This document shows, one piece after another, positions 26,072 to 47,306 of a stretch of 64,000 nt of DNA. This DNA is from the human T2T-CHM13v2.0 reference genome, Homo sapiens, in NCBI RefSeq assembly GCF_009914755.1, contig NC_060939.1; one strand, given 5' to 3'. A program made the position numbers and the translations under genes. The first letter of the stretch is position 1. Every line of letters begins with the position of its first letter. A model generated the notes under the pieces. That model saw nothing but the letters and a program-made list of their open reading frames with translations, was not told the origin of the DNA and searched no databases.

Positions 26072-26260
26072 AGCAGTTTCTCAACATCTGCACTACTGAC
26101 ATTTGCGGCTGGGAATTCTCTGTTGTGTGTGTGTGTGTGTGTGTATGGGGGTGGGTGCGGGAGGCTGTCCTATGCCCTGTAGGATCCCTGGCCTCTACCC
26201 ACTGGATACCAGTGACACTCCCTTCACCCCACTGTCATAATTATTAAAAATAACTCCAGT
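26072..26260 (+). mobile_element. MER20 (hAT-Charlie MITE) containing a (TG)n tract
   Basis: cagtttctcaac...cactactgacatttgcggctgg...ctggcctctacccactggataccagtgacac. Confidence 0.8.
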
Positions 26261-27329
26261 GCTCTAACCCTAATCCAGATCTTCTAGCTTTAAAGTTATT
26301 CTTCCTATATACTATGCTGCCTTAAGTCACCATTCATACATTCTTTCAAAGGTGTGTAAGTTCAACTTGTTCCTATTTAGTGAGATCTTTACACTTATAC
26401 CTGAAACATTTATTAAATATGTTCATAAAAAGCATTTAGCAAAAACAAAAAGGAAAACGGAAACATGGAGAACATTTCTTTTTTTCCACTTCGCTTAAGG
26501 ACAAACCAAAGTAAAGGCTACATTCATTTCCCTACAAAACAAACTTAAGATTTCTCCCTCAAGAAGTTGGGCTGGACCTCAACAGGGTGGGGCTGGCTGT
26601 TAGGTCTGTGCACATCATTCACACCTACAGGAGCAAGGAGGAAAAGGGAGGGCCTTCCTGGGGCCTGAGTTCTGGAAAGAACAACCACACCCAGTTTTGA
26701 GCTGTGCTCTCAGGAGCCACAGCCTGCTGGCCTTGCCCAGGTCCTGTGATGACAGATGTTCATGGGGTGCTGATGAACAACCTGGATCACAAAGGGGTGG
26801 CTGGGGGGAACACTGACTGCCAGCAGGGTGGTGGACTGTCCCCAGGAGGGGCTGGGCGCCCCTGAGACTCGGCTTTTACACCACCCCACGTGGGAGGGAG
26901 CAATCCTCAAGGCTACTCAGGCTCCACTCCTCCCACCACCACCACCCCCCTGCACTTTTCTCTTAGTGCAGAGGAAAGGCATTTTGTAGGTTCTTAGTGT
27001 GACATCATTCGTTTTCTACCTAGTGCCTACTGGAAATCCCCATTCCCTGTTCAAGAAGTGCTTGCTTCTCTGAAAGTTGGCCAGGCGAGCAGGTTTTTAA
27101 TTAAGCACCCTATATATTGGGATGTGTCAGCATTTGGTTAATAAGAGCCATTAGCCTGGATACCAGACGTCATGTGACTTCTCAGCAACAAGGAATGAAA
27201 GGGGATGGCGGCGGGCATTACAACACCCTGGGAGGGAGGAAGCCTCCAGCCTGGCAGTCCACAGAACTGGGCTACAAGTGCACATGGAAGGACACAGATG
27301 CACACATGTGCACGCACACACACCAAAAA

Positions 27330-28300
<971 letters not shown>

Positions 28301-28869
28301 ACCCACAGATGCTAATTTGTCCTGTCTTGTTCAGGGAAAAACCCTAGTGTCCTTAGTGTAGACTGACAAGGTCTCTGGAGCCCAAGTATGGGGGCTTAGA
28401 TACAGGGTCCTCCTGCTGAAGGACTCCCCTCGCCAGGGTCGGGGTAAGACCTCTTAGTGGGAAGACAAGACGGATGGCTCCTGAGAGGTAAGACCCTCCC
28501 TGCCCTGGGCATCACCCACTTGTTCTGCCCCACCTGCCTCCAGCTTTGACTAAGACCTGTTTCTGTCCTTCGTGTCTTCCTTGCCAGTTGTTTCCTTTCT
28601 AGGACACTTGGCCCTCATGCTAGCTCAGCTGTTATTAGTTCGCCCCATCCTCAACCTGAAAATCTTTCTAACAGCTTCTCTCTGCTCTTGGAAAAAGGAC
28701 CAAAACCCTTCATGGCGCCTACAGACTCTGCCAGGGGCGGCCCCTGCTCACACCCCAGCCTTACTCCCTGCTGCAGGCCACATTGGTGCCTTCCTACCTT
28801 TCTTCATGAGCCCTGGTTGGGGAGAGGACCCTTGTCCACATACTTCAAGCTTACATCATATTTACTGGT

Positions 28870-28997
28870 GAAACTCACAATGATTTCCCCATAAGATCAG
28901 GAACAAAACAGGGATGTCAGCACTCACCACTTCTGTCCAATATTATCCTGGAAACTCTAGCCAGGGTAATTAGGTGCAAAAAAAAAAAAAAAAAAAA
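28870..28997 (+). mobile_element. Short L1M ORF2 fragment followed by a poly(A) run
   Basis: ataagatcaggaacaaaacagggatgtcagcactcaccacttctgtccaatattatcctggaaactctagccag is the L1 RT region. Confidence 0.7.
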
Positions 28998-30189
28998 AGG
29001 CGTCTAGATTGTTTTAAACTAGAGATCGTAAGTCTCATGGAACGGATTCTTTCTGGTGATAAGATACCAAATTATAAATAAGACCTAAGGGGATGCAGGA
29101 CGCAAAAAGCTGTGTGTATGTGGCCACTGCGTGGTCTTTGATATCAAGGCATCAGAGGCTACTTCCTCAGGATAAGTGACTCCTGGCCAAAGTAAAACCT
29201 CCGAAATTACCCGGGGAATTTGGGGTCCATAATTGTCCAGGTTGTGGACAACTGCTACCATGCTGGCAGTGTAAGCCATTTGGCCCTTTATCACTAGGCT
29301 GAATGGGGTTCCTAGTAACTCCACAGGTGAGAGGTGGGGGAGGCCAGGGCAGCTTTGAGATGGGTGTGGATAGTGGGGACTGTCTGATGGCAGCCGGGAG
29401 GAGTGGGCAGGTGGGTGGAGGAGGGAGGACCTCTGCAGTTTGCACTTTGCATTAGGAAGGGCAACACTGATGCTGCCACCATTGGCTCTGTCTTGTGACC
29501 ACAAAGAGGCACAGCTGCTTTGCTGGGGCGGCATATTCCCAAAGCGAGCCACAGTGAGAGCCATTCTCCCTGGCCAGCCTGCACATGTCTACACCCTTCT
29601 TGTGAGGGCTAGCAGACAGGATGTCTTCTGGGAAACTGCCGGTAGCTGTGTGAAGTCTGGATAAACTCCCCTCAACTCAGCCAGGCCTTGTCCTAGGCAT
29701 TTTCACAGATGCTGCTTCATTTCACCCTCACGACACTCCTGTGAGATGACTGATGCAGGCTCCTGGGATTTCCTGCTGGTTTCATCCCTGGCCAACATGG
29801 TGGCACACGCCTAAGGCTCCTGGCACTGCAGCCACATGGAATCTTTCTGGATCCTTGGTCTGGCTATGCTCCCCTGGCCTCTGCCCACTTCCCAGGCAGC
29901 ACTGCTAACTCCTGCTCGGCCTTCGGATCTCATTTCCATCACTGCTTCCTCATACTCTGGCAAACCCCCGGCCATACCCTCTCCTAGCCCACGGCTTCTC
30001 CAGAACATGGGTCAATTGTAGCATGACAGTGACTTGTGTGGCTATTTGGCTAACTCCCCCTGAGATGGGGCCTCAAGCTCTATGTTGACAGTGTGTAGCA
30101 GGAGGGGGACGTGGGCTTGAGTCTGTGTGCTGGGTTTGGGGCCAAGCTCTGCATCTGTAAAACCTGAGCAGATTCAGGCAATGGCCTAG

Positions 30190-32672
<2,483 letters not shown>

Positions 32673-33354
32673 ATGATGGGGAGTTGCAGCAAGATTTCAG
32701 ACTCACAATAACTTATTTTTTCTTTTGACATTTCAATAATAAAGGCTCATTATATATATAATATATATTACTTATATTGTATATATTATTTATATATGTA
32801 ATATACATATGTTAATATATGGTTATAAAACTATACATCACTGAGCAAATCCAGTGTTTCATTATATGTAATTTCTGTACAATCCAATTTAGTTTTCTTA
32901 TTTTAGGGTAATTTGTACACATCACTTTATGTGTCTATTACCAATTAACATAAATGCACGAAAAAGCTGACCCACAGCAACTTCTTTTTGCACCAGGTTC
33001 TTTTTTCTGAGTAGGGCAATCACATTATAACCCAGAAACAAATAACATTTCCTGATGAATTAAGTACACTACATCCAGTTTGCTTTGTGAAAACTTGCTC
33101 TGCAAGAGAAGTCCTATATTAGTGACCAGAGAAGACCAAGTGATATACTTGCCCCGAGACATTTGGATGTCAGCTGACATTTGAGTCCTCATGGATGGCT
33201 GCCGAATCTCACAAGGTGCCAAAAGCCCACAAGAAAACAAAACCCCAAATGACATGAAAACTCTCTAAACTGAGGGCTAATTCCCTCTGCCCTAGCAATG
33301 TCCATCCTTTCCATGGGCTGTTCATTGTTATGATGACTGCAGCTCAGATGTTTA

Positions 33355-33700
<346 letters not shown>

Positions 33701-35101
33701 GAGACTGTGGAACGGTGCAGAGCCAGAAGGAGTTTGTGACTTTTCATCTTCAAATTGTCCAAATGAGGCTCTCATGTCTAGTGATTATTACCATTACTGC
33801 AGAACTCTGTGTGCCACTGATGCTCTGTGCCCACGGAGAACAGGCACAGCTGCCAAGGGTGTGTGTGTGTTGGGGGCGGGCGTCTCCCTGTCTGGTCTCC
33901 TTGTCTTGGCTTCCCTAGGCTGCCCATTCCCCGCATTACAGCCAACAATGCCTGAAGCGTAGACCTTCATGGAGTCCACAGCTCTAGGCAGGCCAGAGAT
34001 TTGAGTTCTTGAGAATAAAGCCACTGGGCCAGGAAACATCACCTTTCAACCCTGGTAGAGCATTAAAATTTCCTTGCAAGACCAGCCAATGAATAATGGT
34101 AATGAATCAAATACAAAATAACTTTCAAATAGCATTGTGCTTTATAGCACACAAAGCCCTTATTTAACCTTCAAGAAAACCCTGAGGAGTGGGTTTTCAA
34201 AATTATTATATTAGTATCCCTATTATACAGGTGAAGACACCAAGAGTAGAAAGATTAAGTGACAAGCCTGGGGTAGCACATAGAAGGCACATGGCTCAGT
34301 AAATATTGATGAATAAAAGAAAAAGGAAAGAATGAATGAACCAGGACTCACCCTACTCTTACAGATGCAAATCCTGTGCTCTCTGCACTCTAAATGCCAC
34401 CTTTTGTGAATTTCTCTGTAGCTCCCACACCTCCTGGGTGGGTGTGCCTAGTCTATGTCGGGGGAGCTAGGATTAAGCTTTCGAATATCACCTCTTTGTT
34501 CTGCAGATGGGAAATTTATGTCTTGAAATTCCAAGAAGGAAAATAATGGCATTTTATTTCACTGGCTCTTAAAAATATGCTGTGTTCCAAAAGGTTGAAT
34601 CTATAAACATTACTGGAAATGTGGAAATGGATGCCAGGAATTCCTCAGCACCATGTCTGCCTGGGCCAGGATATGGCTGCTGCTCCCATAGATTATGGGT
34701 TGAGAAATATTGCTATTGGACACTTGATGGAAATTTTAAGCCCCATAAAAATATGACTCCATTGGGAGGATCTTGACAAGAGACACACAGGCAGCATTTA
34801 AATATTTCTATTGACCCCTCCTTTGTGGCATGCCCAGAAGCCCTACCACTGAGCACTTCCAAGACTTTTCTGTTTTTCCAACTTCTAGTTGGATTAATCT
34901 CTGGAGTATCTTGAAATTTCCTGAAGTTATCCTCCCACAAAATGGACCACAGGATTAAAAAGGTCAACAGACATTTCCAGTCTGGGTTTTAATGCTTCCA
35001 AGAATGAACTGCAGGTAGATTAGGTACATTTCAGTTATAGGAGGGAAAATTACAAAGCACACTGGATAGTGAGATCAGAGCAAAGGTGGGTGGATGAACT
35101 G

Positions 35102-35417
35102 TTTTTTTTTTTTTGTTTTTTTTTGTTTTTTTTTTTGAGACAGAGTCTTGCTCTGTCGCCCAGGCTGGAGTGCAGTGGCCCAATCTCAGCTCACTGCAAG
35201 CTCTGCCTCCTGGGTTCACGCCATTCTCCCGCCTCAGCCTCCTGATTAGCTGGGACTACAGGCACCCACCACCATACCCAGCTAATTGTTTGTGTTTTTA
35301 GTGGAGACGGGGTTTCACCGTGTTAATCAGGATGGTCTTGATCTCCTGACCTCGTGATCCACCCACCTCGGCCTCCCAAAGTGCTGGGATTACAGGCGTG
35401 AGCCACCGCGCCCGGCC
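35102..35417 (-). mobile_element. AluY-like SINE with 13-bp TSD tggatgaactgtt
   Basis: Diagnostic gcaagctctgcctcctgggttcacgccattc. TSD at 35091-35103 and 35418-35430. Confidence 0.92.
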
Positions 35418-36808
35418 TGGATGAACTGTTAATAGGATTCTTGCCTAACCTCTTCCCTTTCCTTGAGAAACAGGAAAGATCTTTGACCTGAATTAAGACT
35501 TCTCAAAAGCTATGCTAATCGATGGCAAGATCCTGATTCCCACGCAGATCTCTCAGTGTTTCCTGGAGAATGATAATGATAGCTACCATGTGCACCAATA
35601 CTGCAATGAAAGGGTAAAGAATCCAGTTGGGATGGTAATTAATTTAGTGAAATCTTCATGCTCTCTTCAGAACAACTGATTGAACCTAAAATAAACTGAT
35701 AAAGACTTGCCTGAATTAACTTGAGGTGCTAATTACATCATTTGATTTTATCCATATTACATGATCCAAAATAAATTACAGAAAAAGTGCACTGAGGGAT
35801 GAGAGAGAGGAAGGAAAGATAAACTCAGAATGTGAAAGCCAGGAAAGAAAGACCATAGTAATCCTACTTTTATAGATTGGTAAAGTCAAGGTGACTGTTT
35901 AGAACTTTGATGTATAGGAATTTTCATGTTTATGGAAAAAGTACAAACTTGGGATCCTAAAATTCCCTGCATGCTTCAACAGCCTCCTGTGGAATAAATG
36001 CAATTCATGTTTTCTTGGCAAATAGGAGAAGCTGTTAAATTTAGGTAACCATGGGGATCCATAAAATGCCACATCCAAAGTCTCTGGCCACATTAGATAC
36101 TTTTAATTTTCACCTTTACATGTTTTAGAAAATAAATACTAAGAAAAGGCTGAGCCTTTTGCCCAAGGTACTATTTTGTAAGGAATGTTTGCACAGCAGA
36201 TTTAAGGTTACAAAGAGGAGGCTGGCTAAGACACAGTGTGCCTACTAATTGTGTTTTACATACAAGGAAATCTTAATGCCTAGCAGACAGGTGTGAAGGT
36301 GTCCTCTCCTTCCGGCCTCATGGCCTGCCTCCAAGACAGCACCACGTGTACCCAGTCTTTAGGCTGGAGGGTGGCAAAGGGTGCCATAAGACTTAAATAG
36401 GGAACCACATGGCAGAGGGCTGGAAGGGAGCAGCCTTGGTTAAGACACAGTGTTCCTAAATTGCCTACTTTTGGCTGACAGATGCTCCCAGCTGGCTGAT
36501 GTGCAAGTTTGCAACTTGCAAAGTAGGCTGGAAAGATGGTTTTGCTTGCCAAAACCAAAGTAAGTAGGCAGCTAGCACACAGAGCTAAGAGATTTGGTGC
36601 ATTCTGTTGACTGCTTTTAATACCCTGCCTACTTTGAGGCATCAAACTGGGCCTAGGTGGGATTGTGACTTAGTGATGCTCACCCACCTGAAAGGTGTAG
36701 GTCTGGGTTAGAGAGCAAAAATCCCATAAACCTAACAGCACCCTTGCAATTCACCTTCACATGGAGGCTTCCCTGGCTTTATCAATCAGACTACAGGTGC
36801 CTTCAGAC

Positions 36809-36972
36809 CAGTGGTTTTCAAAATGTGGTCCCTGGATCAGAGCATCACCTGGGAACGTGGTACAAATGCAAATTCTTAGGCCCTACCCCAGACCTACAGA
36901 ATCAGAAACGCGGAAAGTGGGCCAGCAAGCTTTCCAGCGGATTCTACTGCACACTAGAGTTTGAGAACTACT
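36809..36972 (+). mobile_element. MER5A (hAT-Charlie MITE)
   Basis: TIR-like cagtggttttcaaa...tttgagaactactg and internal aaatgcaaattcttaggccctaccccagacctac. Confidence 0.85.
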
Positions 36973-37067
36973 GGTTTAGACCAAGCCAATCACGTGAACC
37001 ACGGTCATGAGAGCTGGTGGGATATAGCTACTTACCCAAGACTGGGGGGTAGTGGAAGGGAAGAGGA

Positions 37068-37072
<5 letters not shown>

Positions 37073-37108
<36 letters not shown>

Positions 37109-37127
37109 GCGCGCGCGCACGTGCGCT
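37073..37127. repeat. (CA)n(CG)n compound microsatellite
   Basis: About 16 CA units followed by cgcgcgcgcgcgcacgtgcgc. Confidence 0.95.
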
Positions 37128-37201
37128 TAGAGAGAGGTCTACATAAGGGCGGCATCCACTCTACTGATGGCTGTCTGTGTGATAAAACTAAGGTGCTTTC
37201 A

Positions 37202-37517
<316 letters not shown>

Positions 37518-37661
37518 CTAAGGTGCTTTCATATTTGTAGCCCAAATGAAGTGAGATAAGACTTGCCAGGGCAAAAGGAATGCTGCTAGGAGAGAACATG
37601 GTAAAGCTCTTAAGAGCTCTGTGGTCTTTAGAAGGAAGCTGCCAAGGCAGGAAAAACATCA

Positions 37662-38334
<673 letters not shown>

Positions 38335-39644
38335 TCAGAGGAAGGAGCTGTTGTTTCTCTTCCTGCACAGGTCTATTTTGCATTCATACCTCCTGATCCT
38401 CATTTGAAACTTCTCCATGGTGCTGGAGACAGGAGACAGTGGAAAATGGAAGTGGGCTTGAGAGAGGGGAAGAGAAGAGAGAGTGGGTGGGAGCAGGCCA
38501 TTACTAGCTTTAGCAGACAGAGCCACTCCACCATGGAGAGTCGTGCAGAGCTGGAAGATTCCTTACAAGTCTCTAGTTCAACCTCCATGAAGTGACGGGG
38601 GTCCTTATGATCATCACCCTGTCACCGTCATTACCACCCTCAAGCTAGAGTTAAGTGAGCAGACGCCTGCATGCCAAGTACCATGCTAGAGATTTTATGT
38701 ATATAATTTCTAGTCCTCCCAACAAGTTTGCTGCAAGTTTGATGGCATTACATTAGTGCTTAGACAAGGAAACTGAAGCTCAGAGAGAGCAAACAGCAGG
38801 TCCAGTGTTAGAGAGGCCTCTCTTTCCCCTTATCTACCATTTGACAACACTACTCTGAACACTCCTGCCTGGTGATCCCCATCCACCTGGTGCCTGGATG
38901 CTCCCAGGAACAAAATGCTGTTTACATACGAGGGCAACTCATATTTGGGTTGCTACGTTCTTCCTTTTACTGGAGCCAAAATCTACCTCCTGGCAGAGTT
39001 CACCAACTGGCTTTCAGTTGGCGCTAGTTCCATCCCTACGACTCCACAGGACATGTCTTAACCCCCTTTTAAAACTGATAGCTCTTTTAATATCTACACA
39101 GAGTTTCAGGAATCTTCACTTCCTCCGGCTAAAAAGGCTGGGTTCTCTTCACCACTCTTTATTTATATTCTAGAAAGGCAGAGAGGCTCTCACTATAAAG
39201 CCACAAAGACCCATATTCTTCAACAAATATCATATAGAATGCTGGGATGTTATGCTTAATGTTGCTGAAGACTCTTAAAGCTGTTGTATTTATGCAACTG
39301 CAGGCACAGACACAAATCAAAAGATCCATTATTCCTCAACCATGCAAGAAAGCACAAAGAGGTCACAGAGTAACCATATCTGGGGCCAAGGGGAACCCGT
39401 CTTCTGATGTTTCCAAGATAAGCCCTCTCTGGAGAATGAAATGAATTGTGTGCTATTAATGTGACTGTACCTTTACAAATAACCAGCCACAGCCCCACAG
39501 CCTTGGGTCCTGGCATATAGCACTGAGGTGGAAAACTAAACCTTAGAATCCTGTGTATTGACAGCCCACAGGAATCTCTGAACCCTTGTTTTGAATGATG
39601 GAGATGGAGCTTGCCGGCTTCATCCAGAGGATGTGAGAATCTTA

Positions 39645-39878
<234 letters not shown>

Positions 39879-41942
39879 TCAGATTTTTGGATCCTTTGCC
39901 AAAAGTCTCTCCACATTTCTTCCATGTACTACAAGGGCAGCTTACTTAACTTCTGAGTCTCAATTTCCGCATTTGAAAAAAATGGAAGGCATCACTGCTA
40001 ACACATTGTGAGAATTAGAGCTGATTCCCTGTTTTCCCCATCACCGGGCTTTACTGAGGTATAACTGACAAATAAAATTGTATGTATTTAACATGTACAA
40101 CAATGCATGGTCAACTTCCCGGGATGTGCCCGGAACACAGCGGACACTCAGCACATGCTTGGTGGCAATAGAATCCCCAGATTTCCTGGGGTTCAAAGCC
40201 CACAGTAAGGTAAGCTTACAGCCGGCTGGGAGACACCTTCTTGGGCCTAAGAAAAATTATGAGATTATGACTCAAGAGGGCTGACAGGCAGCTGCTTAAA
40301 CAGCTGGACATCCATTTTCGAGGGGTCAATCTTGGGCATCCACGGCAGGAGCCTGCTGTGTGAGGCAGAGGGGGTGCTCTACACAGGCAAGGGAAAAGTG
40401 GCCACCCAGTTGGATCAGTCCGGATGGAGCAAGCTCTCTCAGCCAAACAGCGATGTCTAGTTAAAATCGCATTAGCCAATAAGTAATGGGTTACAGTGGC
40501 AGGCTCCAAACCATGCGTCTTGGCAGACTCGGGCATTAGCATTCCATGCTACGTATGAAGAGGCCCTTATTCATTCTCCCACTGACAGATCTGGGCTGAG
40601 TGGAGAAAGAGAACAAGACTCTTCAAGGCCCACTTTGGTGAACCCTACCTAAAGACCTCTTCCAACCAAATTAAGAGAACTCTTTGGTACCAGTGGGATG
40701 ACCCTTAGGAAAGGATTAGGGGTTCAGTTCTGGCTCTGCCTCTGAGAGCTATACTGATCATGAGCAAGAGAGTTGATCTTTCATAGTCTCAGTTCTTCAT
40801 GAAAGAACCACGAGATAGGTCCAGAATCTGCTTGGTGGCTTCCAGCTCCGACAAGCATTTTCTCTATATCCTTATTATTGCAGAAATATTTCATGCCCAG
40901 TAATAATAGGTGGAATTCTTACTTTGAACCACGGTTTTATCAGGGTGGAGCTTTCAAGAGGGTGGCTCCTCATCCAGCCATGTCTCTAGCAATTTCCTCC
41001 CACAGGCCGTCAGACCAGATCAGAACTAGACATTTGGGGCAAACAGCTGCTCTTCATCTTACCTCATTCCCTCAGTGAGTGAGAGCTGAATGGGCTCCCA
41101 CAGGGTCTGGGGATGGGGAGGGTAGAAGGACCCTGCTTGCTGCCTAGGGTCCCAACAAAAGGAGAGGGGCATCTTAGGAGTGTGACATGCCCTCGGGATG
41201 TCACATGGCCAGTGATAAAAGTGGGGTCCCCACAGGGGCTGCTCCACATGCTGCTCGAGATCCCCTTGTCCACGATAAGGTCAGAAATGAAGAGTAAGCA
41301 TTTAGAAACGTTCATGGCAGTTTGACAGATCTATTTCATGCCTGTTGCATCTTATAATAAGACATTTTGGCTTATATTTTATATGTTTTGAAAATTCCAT
41401 TCTTCTACTAATTCATTTTTATTGTAACATACAAATACATGGTTTGTGACGGACTGGAAATTTTTTAAAACCCCCTGAAAACTCCTGGTCTTTCACCACA
41501 GACAGTTTGAGAAGTGCTGGTCAAATGGATCTGGTCCCATTGTCTCATTTTTTTGATGAAGGAACTGTCATTTAGAGAGTTGGGGAGCCCTGCTCAAGGT
41601 CGGAAACTTTGTGGCCTGATTTGATCTGAGGCTACTTTGGCCAACCTAGCTGAGGCCAGTGAGCTTTCCAGGTGGACTTGGCCAGAATTCTCCACTGGAA
41701 CCAGCGCACACGCAGTAATATGATACTACAGTGCTTCTCTTAAGTTCCTTTGTGCTTGGATTTTCTTCAAAGAAGAAAGGAGGAGACAGAGCCGGGTCAA
41801 GGCAGGATGGGGACTCCAAAAGAGATGAGAATTAGTTTCTCACTGCTGGGCCCCAGTGTCCATACTTTAGCATGCAATGGTGAGATTCCAGAGACTAAAG
41901 AAATGCCCTTTTCTGGGGGGAAGGTGGGGGTGGATGGGGAGG

Positions 41943-42685
<743 letters not shown>

Positions 42686-42996
42686 CAAGAAATGCTTTTT
42701 ACTCCTTATCTTGGACATTGGTACAAATAGAATTCTCTTGGCTGGGAAGACTGGAATCAAATACAGTCTCAAAATGACCCTATCAGACTTAGAATTCTAA
42801 ACTGCTTAATACCAAACACTCTGGGAGTAATTTTTTATGAACTGAATTTTGTGAGTGATGGAAAAACATTAAAAGATTTTATGTATTTTTGCAAGCATTC
42901 TGCAAACACTACACAGATTTTTAGAGACAGAAAATCTTAGATTCAGGTTTAGAGTGTCTGGATATGTCAGTTATATTTTTACTATTAAAAATGAGA

Positions 42997-43337
<341 letters not shown>

Positions 43338-43446
43338 TCAGATATTACTTTGTTTTTTTGAACAGGCCTCCTGAATCCTAATCTCAGAAAATAAATAGAA
43401 AACAGATTTCTTCTATTCAGTCATTAAGCTGCTATAACTTACAAAA

Positions 43447-43944
43447 TAGTAGCCCCCTCCCCTCCTTATCCATGATTTTGCTTTCCACTGTTTCAGTTAC
43501 CCATGGTCAACTGTGGCCTGGAAATATTAAATTAAAGTTCCAGGAATGAACAATTCCTAAGGCTTAGGTTGTGTGCCATCTCACCCTGTCCCGCCAGGAC
43601 ACGAATCGTCCCTTTGCCCAGCCTATCCATGCTGTGTGTGCTACCCCATCATCAGTCACTAAGCAGCCATCTTGTTATTCATAATGGCCCCAGGAAGCTG
43701 GCAATTTGGGTATGCCAAAGAGAAGCCATTAAGCGCTTCCTTTAAGTGAAAGCGCTTCCTTTAAGTAAATTCAGTAACAATATATCTTCTATCTGTAACA
43801 CTGTGAAGACAGAAAAAAATTTCTGCTGGTTTTGTGGAAAACTCAAACTGGAAAAGTATAGATAGGTTTTGGTAATATCTGCATTTTCAAGCCCCCACTG
43901 GGCGTCTTGGAATGCATCCCCCGAGGATAAGGGGGGGCTGCTGT
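43447..43944 (+). mobile_element. MER44 (Tigger7-derived) DNA transposon
   Basis: TIRs agtagccccc...cttatcc and ggataagggggggctgctg followed by ta. Internal gtttcagttacccatggtcaactgtgg. Confidence 0.8.
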
Positions 43945-44295
43945 AGTGGTATTTGGCCGGAGCTGGGTAGTGGTGGTGGGGTTAGACCTGTAAACTCCTA
44001 TTTCCATAAAGCAGCATCCTGTGTCTTAAAAGCTGACAACAGTCTGGTTGTTACGGACAAGGAACTCCTTTCTCTCTGTCAGAAGCCTTTCCTAAGGGAG
44101 TAATATTTCGAGGTAATGAAATCCAGATTGCAAACTCAGCCGCAGTTCAGTCTCACTGACTCCTATTTTTCTGAATTTTGAGGTCTCAAGTAGGGCTGCT
44201 GTGTTGTACATGTGGCACTGAAATGGTCCATGCCTGGTTAATATGTGTGCATTGATTTGCTAATGGGTTTCTTCCCAAACATATTTTATAAGTTA

Positions 44296-44490
<195 letters not shown>

Positions 44491-45912
44491 TCATGGTTCT
44501 TTGCATATGGAAAATTTTTGAGAAGCTTGGATTCCAGCTCTCAGGTGGATCTGCAGGAGAACAGTTGCAGTGGAGAAGGAGCCGTTGAGGGAAGTATGTA
44601 ATGGTAGCTATTGGGTGGGAGGGGCTGGAGGACAGGGTTATAGAGGTACAGTTTTGAAATGTTAGAGACAGTGGTTCTTAAAGAAGGATTGGTCATCTTA
44701 CAAAGGTGTTTCTATTTTTACAGACTTTTAAAAGAGACAGATGGAACATTTAAACATTTGCATTCATGTTCTAAATGCTAAGTGGCTGAGCAGGTTCACT
44801 AATGCTGCGGATCAACGGGGTTGGCATGAAGCCCGTTCTGGCACTGACTGCACACCTGCCTACGTCAAGCGCCTTGCACGCAAGAGTGTGTGTTCTACGG
44901 TCCTTGAACTAAACACAGACCACAAGGAGGAGAAGCAGACTTGTACCCTTGACACAGACATGAAGGAATGAGGAACAAGCTGGGGCCAAAGGAACACACT
45001 GTGGGTCACAGTCAGGGCTGGACAGCAGGGCCAGAGGAGCCAGAGGAGATCTCTGCAGAGACATCTATGTGGGGAAGAAAAACAATAGGGTCTTGAATGG
45101 AACAGGAAGGAAGGTAGGATTAAACCAGCTGGAAGAGGGGTGCAGAGGGAATTTCTTATAAAGAGAAGAGCTGAAGAATAGAGAAGGGTAGGAGGTGACA
45201 AGGTGCACAGTGCAAACACAGCAAAGGAGCTGCAGCTCTAGGGCCTGGGAGAACCGACCACGTGGGATCGGGGCAAACCCAGTGTGGCCTGCTGGACGCT
45301 TCCCTCCCAGTACCTAGGCCACTCTCGCCACCCCAAATAAGATAGAATCCAACACCTATTGGGCAATTTCCCCTCGGGGGCCCGCCGCACAAACATAGCC
45401 TGCTGGTTATTTGCAGCCTTTCTTTGCCCGGCTCTGTGCCCTGGGGTCTGAGTCCTGTGGACAGCCAGGCCTCTGCCTTCCAGTGGGGTGAGGCCTATAG
45501 GCCAGGCCAACAGGAGGCACTGGAAGGAGACTGGAGTGTCAGGAGGGAGGTGGGGGACTTCATGTGCCTCCTTCCTGACTGTAGCCTTCAGTTCACCTCG
45601 TTCCTCCCTCTGCTGCTTCAGGTTTGCGGATAATAATGATTTCCTGCCACTCCCTTTCCCTGGGTCCCTACTTTGTTCCCTAAACCCCGTCCACATCTTT
45701 TCACTGAAAAATCGCTTCAGAAATCCCTCCAAAAGTTGCTGTCTGTTTTCTGCAAGTACTAACGGATACACAGACATACATCAACATTTTCTGAGTGGCT
45801 CTACATATATAAAGATATGATGGCATTTGCTGGTATTGTATTAATATGTTAGAGAACATGTTAAGGTGTACCTTTGCAGACAGATTTGAGAAATGGCTAA
45901 TTAATTAATTAA

Positions 45913-46775
<863 letters not shown>

Positions 46776-47036
46776 AGTCAATTTCTTTAAAGGTGGCATA
46801 GAGGATGATGTTGGTATTGTGGACAAGATCTGACTGGAAAGGGAGGGGAAATTTGAAGCTAACAAACTTTGATTTGTTTTAACCACAATATTGTAATGCC
46901 AGGTGTACTGATACATAAGTACTAAGTCCCTCAGAAACTTTTAACCTGCTCATTTTCCTTGCTGTTGCTTTAGTTTGAAATGTTCCATTCTGAAGAAAGC
47001 GTGAGCCCCAGCAAGCAGAAGGTGTACTGATTCTCA

Positions 47037-47306
<270 letters not shown>

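Noticed and set aside
25097-26247. Two 360-370 aa ORFs on the + strand as a novel repeat-protein gene
   Set aside because: They coincide exactly with a G-poor 3n minisatellite that rarely forms stop codons. Both frames are open, and no splice or poly(A) context or domain similarity is evident.
36986-37003. ER stress element (CCAAT-N9-CCACG)
   Set aside because: The spacer is 8 nt (cacgtgaa), not the required 9.
41181-41205. Small inverted repeat tgtgacat...atgtcaca (also ggatgcg-cac-cgcatcc at 47429-47445)
   Set aside because: Stems of 7-8 bp are expected by chance in 64 kb, and there is no supporting context.
45238-45820. 179-aa minus-strand ORF and overlapping ORFs in MYO1E intron 24
   Set aside because: No recognisable domain or codon bias, and flanking exons 24 and 25 already join in frame without it.
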